The notes under the pieces: model-generated | What the model saw: only the letters and a program-made list of their open reading frames with translations | What the model was told of the DNA's origin: nothing | The model's database searches: none | Made by a program: the position numbers and the translations under genes | Assembly (NCBI GenBank): GCA_002633005.1 | Contig: NMRA01000092.1 | Location: 715,116-779,115, forward strand | Source: Phoronis australis | Lineage: Eukaryota; Animalia; Phoronida | Length of the DNA stretch: 64,000 bases | Direction of reading: 5' to 3' | Shown here: positions 15,201-26,500 of the stretch, piece after piece | Layout: every line of letters starts with the position of its first letter | Position numbering within the stretch: the stretch's first letter is position 1

Positions 15201-16530
15201 GGCCGTGTGAGATGATGATGAATGACACACGTATGTGCACATCACAGTGAATGTCTTGAATGTTGCTTCCTTCTGTTAACTTATGAGAAACCATATTACA
15301 CGATCAATCCACAATACTGCCTCTTGTGGCACTGGGAAAGAATGCAGTTTGTTGCTGAACACTTTCCAAAAATTTTGAGCACTTAATTACCTTACTTCTC
15401 TTAAGGAGAGAAAGACTTGATTGAAAAGTTAACCTGTTTACCTTTAGCAGAAACTTGAATAGTCTCAGCAGGAATGGATGAGTGTCCGTCTCCTCACCGT
15501 TGGCCAACCTGGAGTCTTCGTCAAGTGATGTGGCAAACTTTGCAGCAAACTCGAGCATGCGCTCCACTACAGGCTCTCTATTGAACACGATCATGGCAAA
15601 CTTAAGGTGATGAATGAAGTCCGTCCAAAACTCATCTATAGATACCTGTAACAGTGTTGTGCATATCCACAAAAGTACGTAAAGAGAAAACGGTATTGTG
15701 CTCACAGACTTCCAGGACATCATGTTCATAGTTATGTTGTACTCAATCTAATATCAATCTCTTGGTTTTTGAGTTTCGCAACACTCCCTTGGCTTTAATG
15801 TAGAGGAATATGAGGTAAAATTCACAGAGACTTGCTCAATGTCTTTGTCAACACATGATAAATCAGTCTTGGCTGGCACATGCACAGCATTTTTGGCAGT
15901 TGGGACACGTAGTACTCAGTATGTCATAACTCACAGTCAATAATAACTCTACAGTATGAGCCGAGTGGCCCGTCTCTAGGCCCTTAAAATAGACAAATTG
16001 CATGACATGCATCGAGTGAGTAAATTTATAAATTTATCAAGTGTAGAAGCGACATTACTATGATAAAATATCACACCAATTTTGGACAAAATAGTTGTTA
16101 AATTTTGTTCTTAACTTGCACTTTAATCATTTGCCAAGAGATTCTAGCCACCTGCTTTTGACATTGCTTTGAATACACTGTCAATTTTCAAAATATTGTC
16201 TGTTGGCAGCTATGGTACAGAACTTGAACATGGCAAAGCATCAACATGGTGTCACATACGATTTATGAAAAATCAAGAAAATAAAATTTCACGTGTCAGG
16301 CCTGGGTGAGATTTTACTGAACGCTATTTTCCTACAGTTTAACCACAAGATCTACACTAGAGGATATAAAGGAAAATCAAGACACAGAACCTAAACATAA
16401 AAAATTGTAACCCAGGCCAGTGTCAGCTTACCGAGTTGTAGAGTTTCTTCAAGCTTTTAACCAGCTTTCCATGACTTTGCATGCCTGTCTGGCACTCCTC
16501 AAACACCTGTCTCATAGTGACTGGAGCCAT
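201..16530 (-). CDS. NCAPG: Condensin complex subunit 3 (CAP-G); 18 coding exons, 3' end beyond the left edge
   Basis: GT-AG exons with consistent phases: 16530-16432, 15645-15442, 15043-14815, 13578-13348, 12595-12403, 12167-12018, 11435-11319, 10552-10339, 9709-9533, 8316-8209, 7505-7386, 6080-5982, 5460-5314, 4648-4467, 3790-3619, 2811-2641, 1414-1283, 309-201 (2854 nt). Translation has CAP-G hallmarks: KDRAVRFRCCQLINKLL, VRIQAVAAVDRLQDP, DVRRAVLSCI, RTRDVKESVR, EGLAKLMMSGRVSSPKLLSRLLLLWYNPVTEDDSHLRHCLGVFFP. Confidence 0.95.
1875..2157. repeat. Long imperfect inverted repeat (fold-back/MITE-like), arms about 130 bp
   Basis: gtagaataaatat...caattgacatctgatatatggcgt pairs with acgccatatatcagatgtcaattg...atatttattctac. 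Confidence 0.85.
5610..5914 (-). mobile_element. Interspersed repeat with an internal tRNA-like segment, ending at TTAA (copy 1)
   Basis: Minus strand has a B-box GTTCGAATC; alignable by eye with 8625-8943. Confidence 0.5.
6153..6449. repeat. 99-bp tandem repeat, 3 near-identical copies, in an NCAPG intron
   Basis: Unit acagttcacagcgctc...gaatgcctgtaagt starts at 6153, 6252 and 6351. Confidence 0.95.
8381..8591. mobile_element. MITE with CAGGGCTTGGAA terminal inverted repeats (hAT-like)
   Basis: cagggcttggaa...ttccaagccctg; flanks atacat/atacac may be a 6-bp TSD with one mismatch. Confidence 0.7.
8625..8943 (-). mobile_element. Same repeat family (copy 2)
   Basis: Shared blocks gagtatt(c/t)taagtgtatt, gcctc..tttcag.taat and aacttcaaga; ends ccctttaa. 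Confidence 0.5.
13918..14010 (+). mobile_element. tRNA-derived SINE fragment
   Basis: gtggtttgagctccggactccc...gggttcgaatcctggctttactggtagacaat with a B-box; homologous to 20410-20505. Confidence 0.65.
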
Positions 16531-16699
16531 TCTGTAATGCACAGATTGTCAGTGTCAACAAAAGTCAAAAGCAGACAACACTAGTAACAGTACTGGATCA
16601 TAAGTGAAGGGATGTTCATTCCCTCGGGCATGAGAAGAAAATATTAAAAAATGATGGCATACCTAATTAGCCTTGCAGCGAAAAAATGGATCCCCATTC

Positions 16700-17600
16700 C
16701 CCCTAGCTACATGCCAAACCAAAACAGCTAGAAGAGAAATGAAGCAAGGTATATCTATGGAGAGTTAATTACTGTCATTAACTCGTTAGTTTGTCCTAAA
16801 CTGGTACATTTCTTTGTATCTTTACTGTCACCTTCTCTGGAAGTTATTAAATCCCTGGAGTACAGATGTTTGAAGTTGATTTGACATGATAAACAGGATA
16901 AAATTGTAAGAACCAATGATTCAGGACTTCAACACGATGATTGATATTAAATTTTTATAAAGTCTCATATAAATTTTCGTGATTCACGAGACTTTAGATA
17001 TTTTCTGTTGTAGCAGAAGTAATAGTATGTTTAAAGGCGAAGGCAACCTTTTTCCATGTCATTTTGAGCTAAAATAAGGTTGGTTGGTTATCCTAGACAT
17101 ATTTTTCACTTAATTACAGCTTTTCGTAATTTTATTAATTATTCGTCCGCTTTTCCGGAAGTGACGTTTTAGGAGGCAAGCGCTTCCCGCCAATTTCTTT
17201 TCACATAGTCTGACTGTGAGAGCTGCCGAGTCAGTCATTGTTCTACCTCGGTTGTGTTAAGTTCNCCCCTAGCTACATGCCAAACCAAAACAGCTAGAAG
17301 AGAAATGAAGCAAGGTATATCTATGGAGAGTTAATTACTGTCATTAACTCGTTAGTTTGTCCTAAACTGGTACATTTCTTTGTATCTTTACTGTCACCTT
17401 CTCTGGAAGTTATTAAATCCCTGGAGTACAGATGTTTGAAGTTGATTTGACATGATAAACAGGATAAAATTGTAAGAACCAATGATTCAGGACTTCAACA
17501 CCATGATTGATATTAAATTTTTATAAAGTCTCATTTAAATTTTCGTGATTCACGAGACTTTAGATATTTTCTGTTGTAGCAGAAGTAATAGTATGTTTAA
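16700..17600. repeat. 335-bp direct duplication (16700-17034 / 17266-17600) across the N at 17265; probable unmerged alleles
   Basis: Copies differ at two positions seen by eye; the second copy begins immediately after the gap. Confidence 0.85.
17035..17264. mobile_element. Start of a TTAA-inserted element (Kolobok-like), truncated by the gap
   Basis: Begins AGGCGAAGGCAACC exactly after TTAA in copy 1 and is absent after the same TTAA in copy 2. Confidence 0.5.
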
Positions 17601-17719
17601 GTTATTTTATATTGATTGTAGTGAAGAGGACTTTCTTCATGAACCATTATGGCATAACTGAACTACACTAATTAATAACAGTCTAATTTTTACAGAGCCT
17701 GGTATAAAATGGTGTACCA

Positions 17720-18530
17720 TCGGAGGTCCTAAAGTCGTGAGTGCCCTAAAGTCGTGAACCATCTTATTTCCTCTTCTGTGCGGTCCCACGACATCTAGCG
17801 TTGAAGTTCCCAGCGTTCGTCTGCTTACAAACGTCAAACGAGTACCCAGACATGTTGATATTCACAATATGATAATAAACAGTGAGTGAGTGGCTTCTTT
17901 TTTCAAATGTATCTTAAAAACAGAATAGCATATTTCACTAAAACACTTTTTTTGTGCATTTTCAGAATATATTTTCGAAACTAAACATTGTTCAGATTTG
18001 CTCAAACACGTGTTCCAGGGGTAGCTTGAACAATGTATAAAAATGTCCCAGGGTCGATCAATTTTTGTTAAGCCAAAGCAATAAAATACAGAGAGATAAT
18101 TGAAGCTGGGTTCTTAACGTTTTATGTTAACATCCTCATTAAAAACGTCTACGCACATCGAAATTGGGTGCAAAACACATAACAATTTATCTCAATTGAA
18201 ACTGAATTAATAAACAATGCAATGCATTTTTATGTCGTCTACAGTATCTGTAAACACTGTAGTTGATTTGTATGGCCTTACTTTGTGCATTTCTGTCTAA
18301 ACGAAACGGTCACGACTTTAGGGCCTCATTCAAAATGGTCGGCGATATGAGCGACCATTTCAAAACTCTGCTTACGGAGACAAACACGGGTTAAGACTGG
18401 AAAAACACATATATTTGTGAAGGCTGATAAATGTTCATGACATCACATGAGCAGTTGCTAACGGACATTGGGTAGTATGACAATCACCTACTTTTTATGC
18501 TTATATTCACGACTTTAGGTCACCGGAGTC
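17720..18530. mobile_element. Non-autonomous DNA transposon with repeated inverted motifs
   Basis: cctaaagtcgtga twice near 17728-17757 and its reverse complement tcacgactttagg near 18310 and 18507. Confidence 0.65.
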
Positions 18531-19214
18531 TAATGTCGATGTCATGTTTGCCTCTGGTGGAAAAGTTTTGTCTTATTTATAAGTCTTTTGTGCAACTTAT
18601 AGCTCGGTAATTGTTTACAATATGACGACATTGACTTACACATATGATTTTGGTATCATTTGATTCCTTGCAAAGTTATCTTTCCAAAAATACACAGAAA
18701 ATTTTCCTACCCCATTCCCTAAGTGCTTTATCGTGAAATTTTTTTCTCGCACTATTTCCAGGTACTCTGTAGTAATACCGCCAAGTTGAATGGAAGGAGT
18801 CCCCTGGCGGTCAAAAACTGAACTAATCTTCCGCGACTTCTGCAGATGGTCACTTTTCAGAAGTTCAAACTGACCGAGACCCGCCTATCCCCTGCCCCAC
18901 GGCCAGTTACGGTCCCAAGGGTTTGACTTCGATCCTATGGTGACCCTGGTACGCATCTGCTAGCAAGAATCTGCGAAAAAAGTGAAGGTTGTTTTTGAGG
19001 TCCAAATTGGTGAAAAGGGTATCACTTTAGACAATTTCGTGGAAAATGGTCAAATGGTCACAATTGTAAAAAAATTAGGAAAGGTGAAATGCTGCTACTT
19101 GTCCTCCATATTGTGTCAGGAAAACCAGTGGGAATAGGCGCGGGCAAACACCATTCAGAGATGATGCTGTTTCATTCATTAACAACAGGTGACGCTGTAA
19201 TCTTGAGTTGAGCT

Positions 19215-19238
19215 AACATGGCGGTGTCAAGCGGGAAA
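19215..19238 (+). promoter_or_regulatory. YY1-like (AACATGGCGG) and E2F-like (GCGGGAAA) motifs
   Basis: Motif matches in a locally CpG-richer stretch near the bidirectional promoter. Confidence 0.3.
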
Positions 19239-19673
19239 TAGTGCGAACCGAAATTCGAGGATAAAATACGGAGCACACGCAGTAGGGGAAACATTCATAC
19301 ACTTTTGAAAAAATACCGTTGCGAGGAATCGAACGATACCAAAATCATGTGTAGTGGTCAATGTCATCATATTGTAAACAATACCTATAGCTCTTCTCCA
19401 CCATTCACTTTATTTTTGATCTTCGAGAGAAAATTCGACTGTATTGATTATATTCTCGCACGGTAGGCTAACTCAAACTGAGTCTGAGGCAGTGAGGCCG
19501 AGGGATAACTCGGCTCGGAGTTGGAGCGAAGCTAGGCCGGGGGATACTGACTACTCAAGACAGATTATCGTAAAATACATACGGTGGACTGAGAAATTAG
19601 TAAGAATGTTAGCGGTTTCCAAATATAACTGAATGTTCTTAATGATAAACTAGTTAAAATTTTAGTGCCTCAC

Positions 19674-19712
19674 CTGTCAACACCAATCGTTTCAAAATTT
19701 CCGCCTTTCAAA
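19674..19712 (-). promoter_or_regulatory. Probable NCAPG promoter and non-coding first exon with CDE/CHR element
   Basis: Minus strand reads TTTGAA-AGGCGG-AAAT-TTTGAA-ACG-ATTGG-TGTTGACAG|GTGAG. This gives two CHR (TTTGAA) boxes, a GGCGG CDE 4 nt upstream of a CHR, a CCAAT box and a splice donor at 19673. The NCAPG ATG exon starts 1 nt after an acceptor (16531), so an upstream exon is needed. Confidence 0.65.
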
Positions 19713-19892
19713 CTGCAAATCTCGAGCAAACGAGATTTTTCGGTAAAACTAAATAACTTATAAAATGAATCTTTTTTAATATTTTGCATTGCTTACTTTT
19801 TACAAAAATTGATACATTAGAATCAAAAGAATTTCTAAAAATAAACTTTGCTTTTTTGGCCTACTTGATTAAAAACATCATCAATGATGAAG

Positions 19893-19908
19893 ACAGCGCC
19901 ATCTAGTA
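19893..19908 (-). promoter_or_regulatory. CTCF-like motif between the divergent genes
   Basis: TACTAGATGGCGCTGT on the minus strand resembles the CTCF core (CCACTAGRKGGCGC); motif match only. Confidence 0.45.
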
Positions 19909-20409
19909 AACAACATTTTTTCTGATCGTCTACATTTGCTTTAGTATGGATTAGCTTGTTCCCAGGTTTATTTCCCCAAATGCGAGAAGCTGTGCCGAGT
20001 TTGATGTAGCAACTTGTATACAGTGTCTGAGAAGTGTGTGTAGTTATTGAAAGAGTAATTAGGCCTACTGGTTGTATTTTTGCTTGTTTTTAGCGGCGAC
20101 TAGTAATGTCACGAGCTAGTGTTTTTTGCAGTGAAGCCGAAGCCGAAGACCGGCTGTTTGGGTGTTAGCTACTCAATCATCCAATCAATTCTCGGCAATT
20201 TTTGTTACAATAATGTATGAGAACTGGGAGAATATCACAATTTTCCAGTTGTACCTTTGTATTATATGCCCAGAAAACGGGCTCACTAAATTGGTTTTCG
20301 TTTTTTGTCAGTGGTAATTACAATATTAGTAATAAGCTATTTTCATGGGGGGAGAGGGTGTAGCGGCTATGTATTATTACCGGGTTGGTTTTAAAAACTG
20401 ATCTTTGAA

Positions 20410-20505
20410 GAGGCAGTGTGGTTCAGTGGTTTGAGTTCCAGACTCCCGTTTCATACCAGGGTTCGAATCCTGGCTTTTACTGGCAGACAATCGAGCATCG
20501 CTCAC
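20410..20505 (+). mobile_element. tRNA-derived SINE fragment
   Basis: A-box tggttcagtgg, B-box ggttcgaatcc, same tail (ttactggcagacaat) as the 13918 copy; no complete cloverleaf. Confidence 0.65.
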
Positions 20506-20589
20506 TTTAACTCTCTTGAGTATTCTAATAATGTTATGAATTTTCCAAGTAAAGTTGAATTTGATCAATTACAGTCCTCATCCCTGAGA

Positions 20590-23500
20590 ATGATGTCGGG
20601 CCTGTACCTAGAGCCTCTCTTTCACCATGGTCTGCCTGGCCTGGAGTCCATGGAGTCACTGTTGCAGCAGGTTGAAGATGAACTGGAGACGAACACAAAG
20701 GAGTAAGTAGCAGGCTCGAGTGACAGTTCAGTGGTCAGACCCATAAGTGCCCTGAGTGGACCTATATTTTTGTTGTTATAATTTGTTGCTTATTTAACAA
20801 AAATACTTTGAACAATAAACGCAAGCCCAGAAAATGTGGTGCATTGTTTCTTGGAATGACTGTATAAGCTCTAGGAGTGAATATTTGACCTACTGAAAGT
20901 CACTGGTGAATGGCCAGAGTATTAAGGAGTCTTGTTTCTCAATAACATGACAATGCTGCACATAGTGACTTTGTGGTAACTGAAAAGCAGTAATAAAGAT
21001 ATTGTCGACGTGTTTTAAAATATCACAAAGATGTCTTTGTTTGGACATAAAAGACTGTTACTTATGGATAAAGCTATCATGCTATGTTTTGTAGTTTTCT
21101 ATCACTTGATATCAATGTCAGTGTCCATTCTACTTGCACTTAGGCAGAGTGTTTGATGTGTAAATATAAAAACATTGATCTGTGACTAATAGGGTTGTAG
21201 GAATTTTCACTTGATATCAGTGGTTTGATACGTTTGTTATTTATAGGCTGGAGGAGTGTGTAAATGAGATCTTGAACATAAGCAATGCATTGCCTGGCTC
21301 TAAAAAGTGTCACAGCGCTAAGGTGGCTGTCGAACACATGACAGAACGGAACTTGCTAGAGAAAAACTCATGCTACGACCCTGAGTCTTCTGAAGTGTCA
21401 CGACTTCTTCGTCAAGTGGTAAGTTAGACTTAGCAGTCATCAAACTCTCTGTGAATGATTTGAGGATAATAGTCCCTTGTGGGGGTCCCGCATTTAGGGA
21501 ACGCGTTTTCTTCAGTGAATAACGCATCCAAGTGGTTCTCAAATTTTCGTAACCCTGTAAGTAACTGTTGTCGATTTGAAGGATAATCAGTTGACCTATG
21601 TGTACAGTTGGAAGGTGATTATTTTCTGGCACTTAGTGGAGTTGTGTATTAGTGAGACTTCATGGGTAGTGTATTAGGAGGACTTCTTGCATCTTCTAGT
21701 TACCACAACCAATCTTAATCAAAACACTGGCGCCCATGGTGCCACGTGCTTTTACTACAAAATAAGTTATGTTGACTGGTAGACTTCTTTGAAAATGAAT
21801 AGCAGTGCTAATAGCGAAGCCAAAACATTACCAATTCAACACGCGTCCTATAACAGCACGCCACGTGCTTGTAAGATTGAGAAGGTCAATGGTTTTCTGA
21901 CAAAACTGACAAGGTATAATTAATATTTTGGCGAGGTTATTAGAACTCTTTCACATTTGGGTGTTGGTCAGTGTAAGGGTCAAGAGGTCAGGTGTGTCTG
22001 GCAATGCAGGACTCATGGTCTTAATATGGGATGAGGTGTCTTGATCACTTTGTTGTGTCAGACCTCTTATTGTTGATTTTGCCAGTGTATTACTGTCATT
22101 ATTTGCTGTCACGATAGCAAGCCGTAACGATTGTCCAGTCATTGCGCAATATGTTATATTCCGGAACCCTTCTTGCTAATTTCTATGTAATAAGATTGCA
22201 TCCATGTCGTATCATGTACACATTATTTTCATTGAATAATATAATTAACTCATGATGAAGGCACGCTATTGACTCCATTGGTTATTCTGTACGGTCTGTT
22301 CTCCACCTGTGTCACCTGATTGGAATATTGTGAACTTTTGTTTTTTTGTCTTGAGAATGATTTAGAGACAATAAACCAAAACGTAGTTCAATATGTCGTT
22401 ATTTTCATATGCGCTGAGTTTAAAGTTCGTATTCTGTACTTGTTCTAAACATAGCACATTTTATAGTTAAACACGCAAATGCATTTCATGGTTGTCATTT
22501 CCAAAATGTTCATATTTTGGGATTTTGATCCATGAAACACAACCAGTGTTCTAGTGTGCTGAAGTAAAGGAAGTGGTGTATTTAATTCTAGTTAAATGCG
22601 CTGGACAAGAATCCTGGATGTGAAGAACCACTGCTGGATTCTCTCCTTCAGCTCTCCTCTCGAGAAGGACTCTGCCTACCCATACGTTCAGCCACCACGG
22701 AGCAGCCCATTGAGTCGATGGTGTCGCTCAATGCTGTCATCGATAGCAACGAGCAAGCCAACGAATCTCTGTGGGAAGACATCTGTATACGGTTCCGGCG
22801 TTATTTTATTGATTGTCTCAGCAAGTTGCCTATAAATGGCGACAGTGGTTTGATGAGACTGTCTAGTGACAAGCGATGGCGATATGTCCAGAGTCTGTGT
22901 ACATTGTATCCTTCTTCTGAGGTGTGGGCTCGCTACAGGTCACTGCGCATGCACCAGTTGGATGCCTTTATCAACAAGTTGATGACTGAAAATTCAGCTG
23001 ATGGACAATTCAGCGCACGTCAAGCAGCTGACAATGTTGAGGAAGTCATTAAGACTGTGCAACGGATGCTGGATGAAGATTTCACCGTCCTAAGTTCGGG
23101 GGTGTTCCGTAAATCCGTGGCGACATTTCAAGCTATACAGGAAGTTTACCTAGACCGCATTAGTGATGAACTCACATCGACTGTCGAGAATATTCAAGAT
23201 GCTTCTTCAGGTTCCGAGAAGACATTAACCTCAGCCAACATAACGTTACCGAACTCAGTCAGTGTCCATGGTCCATTTGCCAAGTTGCGTACAAACCTCC
23301 TTACATCCAAGTCAACCAGTCTGGATAGCCTGGTCAACACTGGTGATGCCATATCCCAGAATGCCCTCAGTATCTCTACGTTGGACGCAGTGGTTCAGTT
23401 AGTGAGCTGTGTTATGAGGCTTGACCACCACGTTCATGACCTCCATAGAACCATGATCTGGCATACTGTTGCCAGCAAGAAGAACCAAACTAAAGGTAGG

Positions 23501-26500
23501 GACTCCACTTGTTGACATCAGGTGATGTCGTCGTTGAACTGACTATATCATTGATCAGTGTAGAAATTTTAGTTTTCCATGGTAAGGGAAGACAAATGGA
23601 GTTCACAGAATCTGACTAATTTTCACAGAATTAAGGATTTTGAACGAAGCATTTCTGTAGCATTCACAGTAATTCTAATATTTTTGTATTTTATTACCAG
23701 AAATTGAGAACAAAATCCATAAAATTCAACGTATTCTGGCCACTAATATGAAGATGACTTTGCAGAACATATGTACAAGTAGTATTTCATTCTTTCTGAT
23801 TGTTGCACTGTTTGTTTTCTGTTTTGATAATCAATAAACATGGGGTGTAGCGAATTATGACTAAAATGGAGCTGCAACTGCACTTCAACCCATTCAGTTT
23901 GCCCAGTGGACTTTTTACTCTCATGAAATCTCATAATATTCCTTACCATGATAGTATTCTTTTTCCATTACACGGGAACCATCAGCTACTTATTAAGAAA
24001 ATGCTTCATAATTAATTACTTAATAAAATGCTTCATTTTTTAGCTACCGAAACAAGCCAAAATGAAACTTTAATTGTGAGTAATGATGTGTTAATTATTC
24101 GCTGTCAGGCTGTGTTTGCTGTTACTTAGTAACATGCAAAGGACTAGTCATATAGCAGCTTTCTGCCATAGGAACGGTTTGCGTCACACTCATATCTTTA
24201 GTGGGAATTACAGCTATACTAGGCTAAGCCTGGCGCTGCAACCCTCCCTTAATATTCTAGATGTAATATTTGAATATGTAAAACGTCCATGTTTGATGCT
24301 CTGGCTGGACGCTGTGCGCTTACTGTAATGTAAGGAAATGAAAAATAAGGCCCCAAAACATCTAAGTGTCTAGATTAGCGCAGAGTTCTTAATTGCATTG
24401 AAAAAGTTTAATACCCACAGTATTGCTTGTTGGGCTCAGTGCTGAGGTTCATGGAAAGCTGTTTTTGCTGTAGCATGGTTGGATTTGAACTGTTTTGCCG
24501 TGTTTGATCCATAATGATGCATTTGTATCATTGCTACATCAACAAATGAGTGATTTAGTGACTGGGGCTTGTGCAAATACCTTTTGTGTGTGTGTTTTTC
24601 AAGGCACATACACTCAAACACAGTGAATATACATAATACTAGTGCAACAGAAAGAGTCTCTTCCACAATATCTTGCCTGCAGATAAGTACAAGAACTGCA
24701 GTGTGCCAACTGCCCTCAGTATCAGGAAGGTTGACCTGAGTTCTTTATATGGGTAGCTTGGCATTTATTACATTAGCAATGGCTTCAATAGAAGCCCCAT
24801 AATGAATAACTGTAAACATTCAACACTACTTGTTTAACCCAATTTCAAATCCCAAGTCGGCAAAACAAGGGCAACACCCAACTTTTTTCATACTCGGTCA
24901 TTTTACAATGGACTTTCTGCATGAATGCTATACCTACCTCGCTGCTTAACAGTAATTTGATGACATGACGACCACAAGGAATTTGCTAATGGAGCTAAAT
25001 GTTGTCCGTTTCCATCTTGCAAGATAAGGCATACTCATATGTCACCGCTGTATGAATTGAAAATTGGTATTTGCCTCTGTATCAGCTTTCATGATGCTGA
25101 GCAAAAGAGTGTAGAGAACAAGCCTGATTTTTGTACATGTAAACTGCTGTTGTCTGAAACATTCACCAAACGTGTGATAATACTAATGTGTAGTCAAACA
25201 AGAGCGGTAACCTATGATACATGTTGTTTTCAGGTTTACTGAAGACCAGCGTATCAAAAGACCTGCTATGTCCCCCCACCGTGGCCAGTCCACGCAGCAG
25301 GAGACTGTCTGCTGAGTCCATACAGTCTCACTTTGGCAGCCCTGCAGACATGATAAAGTTTATTGAGGCTCCCGAAGGTAAAAACTGTTTGAAGTTGTTA
25401 TGCAGCTTCCTAATTATTTCTGTGACCTGTGAACATGTTTAGTGCATGCATCATCTGCCACTCAATTGTATTGGACTTTTGTTCTTATGATAGTAAACAC
25501 ATATTAAATAATGCTATTTACAGGCGTTGTGGTTGCCTGCTAGGTTCGGTTCTCCCAAAAGTACAGGAGTATAGTCCACTCACACTGCTTGTTAGAAGAT
25601 GGCCGTCTGGTTAACAAATGTCACATGATTACATTTATGAAGTAAATGCATAAAGATATGACACACTGTCATGCATAGAATCTTTGAATTATTGGTCCAA
25701 ATCATGAATCTTTTACTGGTCTGTGTGCTGTCGTCTAAGACATGATTTCAGCCCAGTAGTAGATGATGTGCTCTTTTTGGCAAAAATTCCCATTCATTCG
25801 CTGTGTTATATGTCATCCGCTGTGTCATATGTCACATTTTAACTTGTTACACAATTTCTTCAGTTGTCGAGAAGCTGCCTCACGAGCACAAACCCAAGTG
25901 GAAATGGCGGCCATGTTTTCGTCCTGTCATTCAGTCTGTGGCCTGTAGTGTAGAGCAGCTGGTGCGTGACACCGTGCAGAGATGTCTGGATGAGGAGCAG
26001 TCTCACTTTGAACAGCATGGCCGTGTCGAAGAAGTGACAGTATGCCCTGACCTTGTTGGGGGACGGCTGGATTATCCACGCAGGATCTCTAAGGTAATGA
26101 GATGGTCAAGATAATAATCATGAGCATAACATTGATAAGAAGTAATTTATACATTTTGCAATTGCATGTAACAAGATGCTAGTGCTGGTTTAGTTGGATT
26201 TTCCTTCTTAATTTTAAATGCAGAATAGCTTTGTAAAGCACATTTAAGTTATGAAATCTTTCACAAGGTATTGCGTTTTTCAAAACCGTTGGCACTCAAG
26301 GTTTAACATTAGCTAGTTTTGTTCCTGTGCACAATTGCCCTCTGCCTCAGAGACCATCAGAATTGGATTGAGAGCCTCTGTGGTGGAGCACATGTGATCT
26401 TGAACCTGTTAAGGTGGCCCCTCCTCTTGTCATGATAGCTGCTGTTGTGTGATCAGGTCTGCCTTTATTGACAAATTTCTTTTCCTCTAGTGTGCCTCGG

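Noticed and set aside
20410-20490. Functional tRNA genes here and at 13918, 5610 and 61435
   Set aside because: A/B boxes are present, but there is no complete acceptor stem or cloverleaf, and the shared non-tRNA tails indicate repeats.
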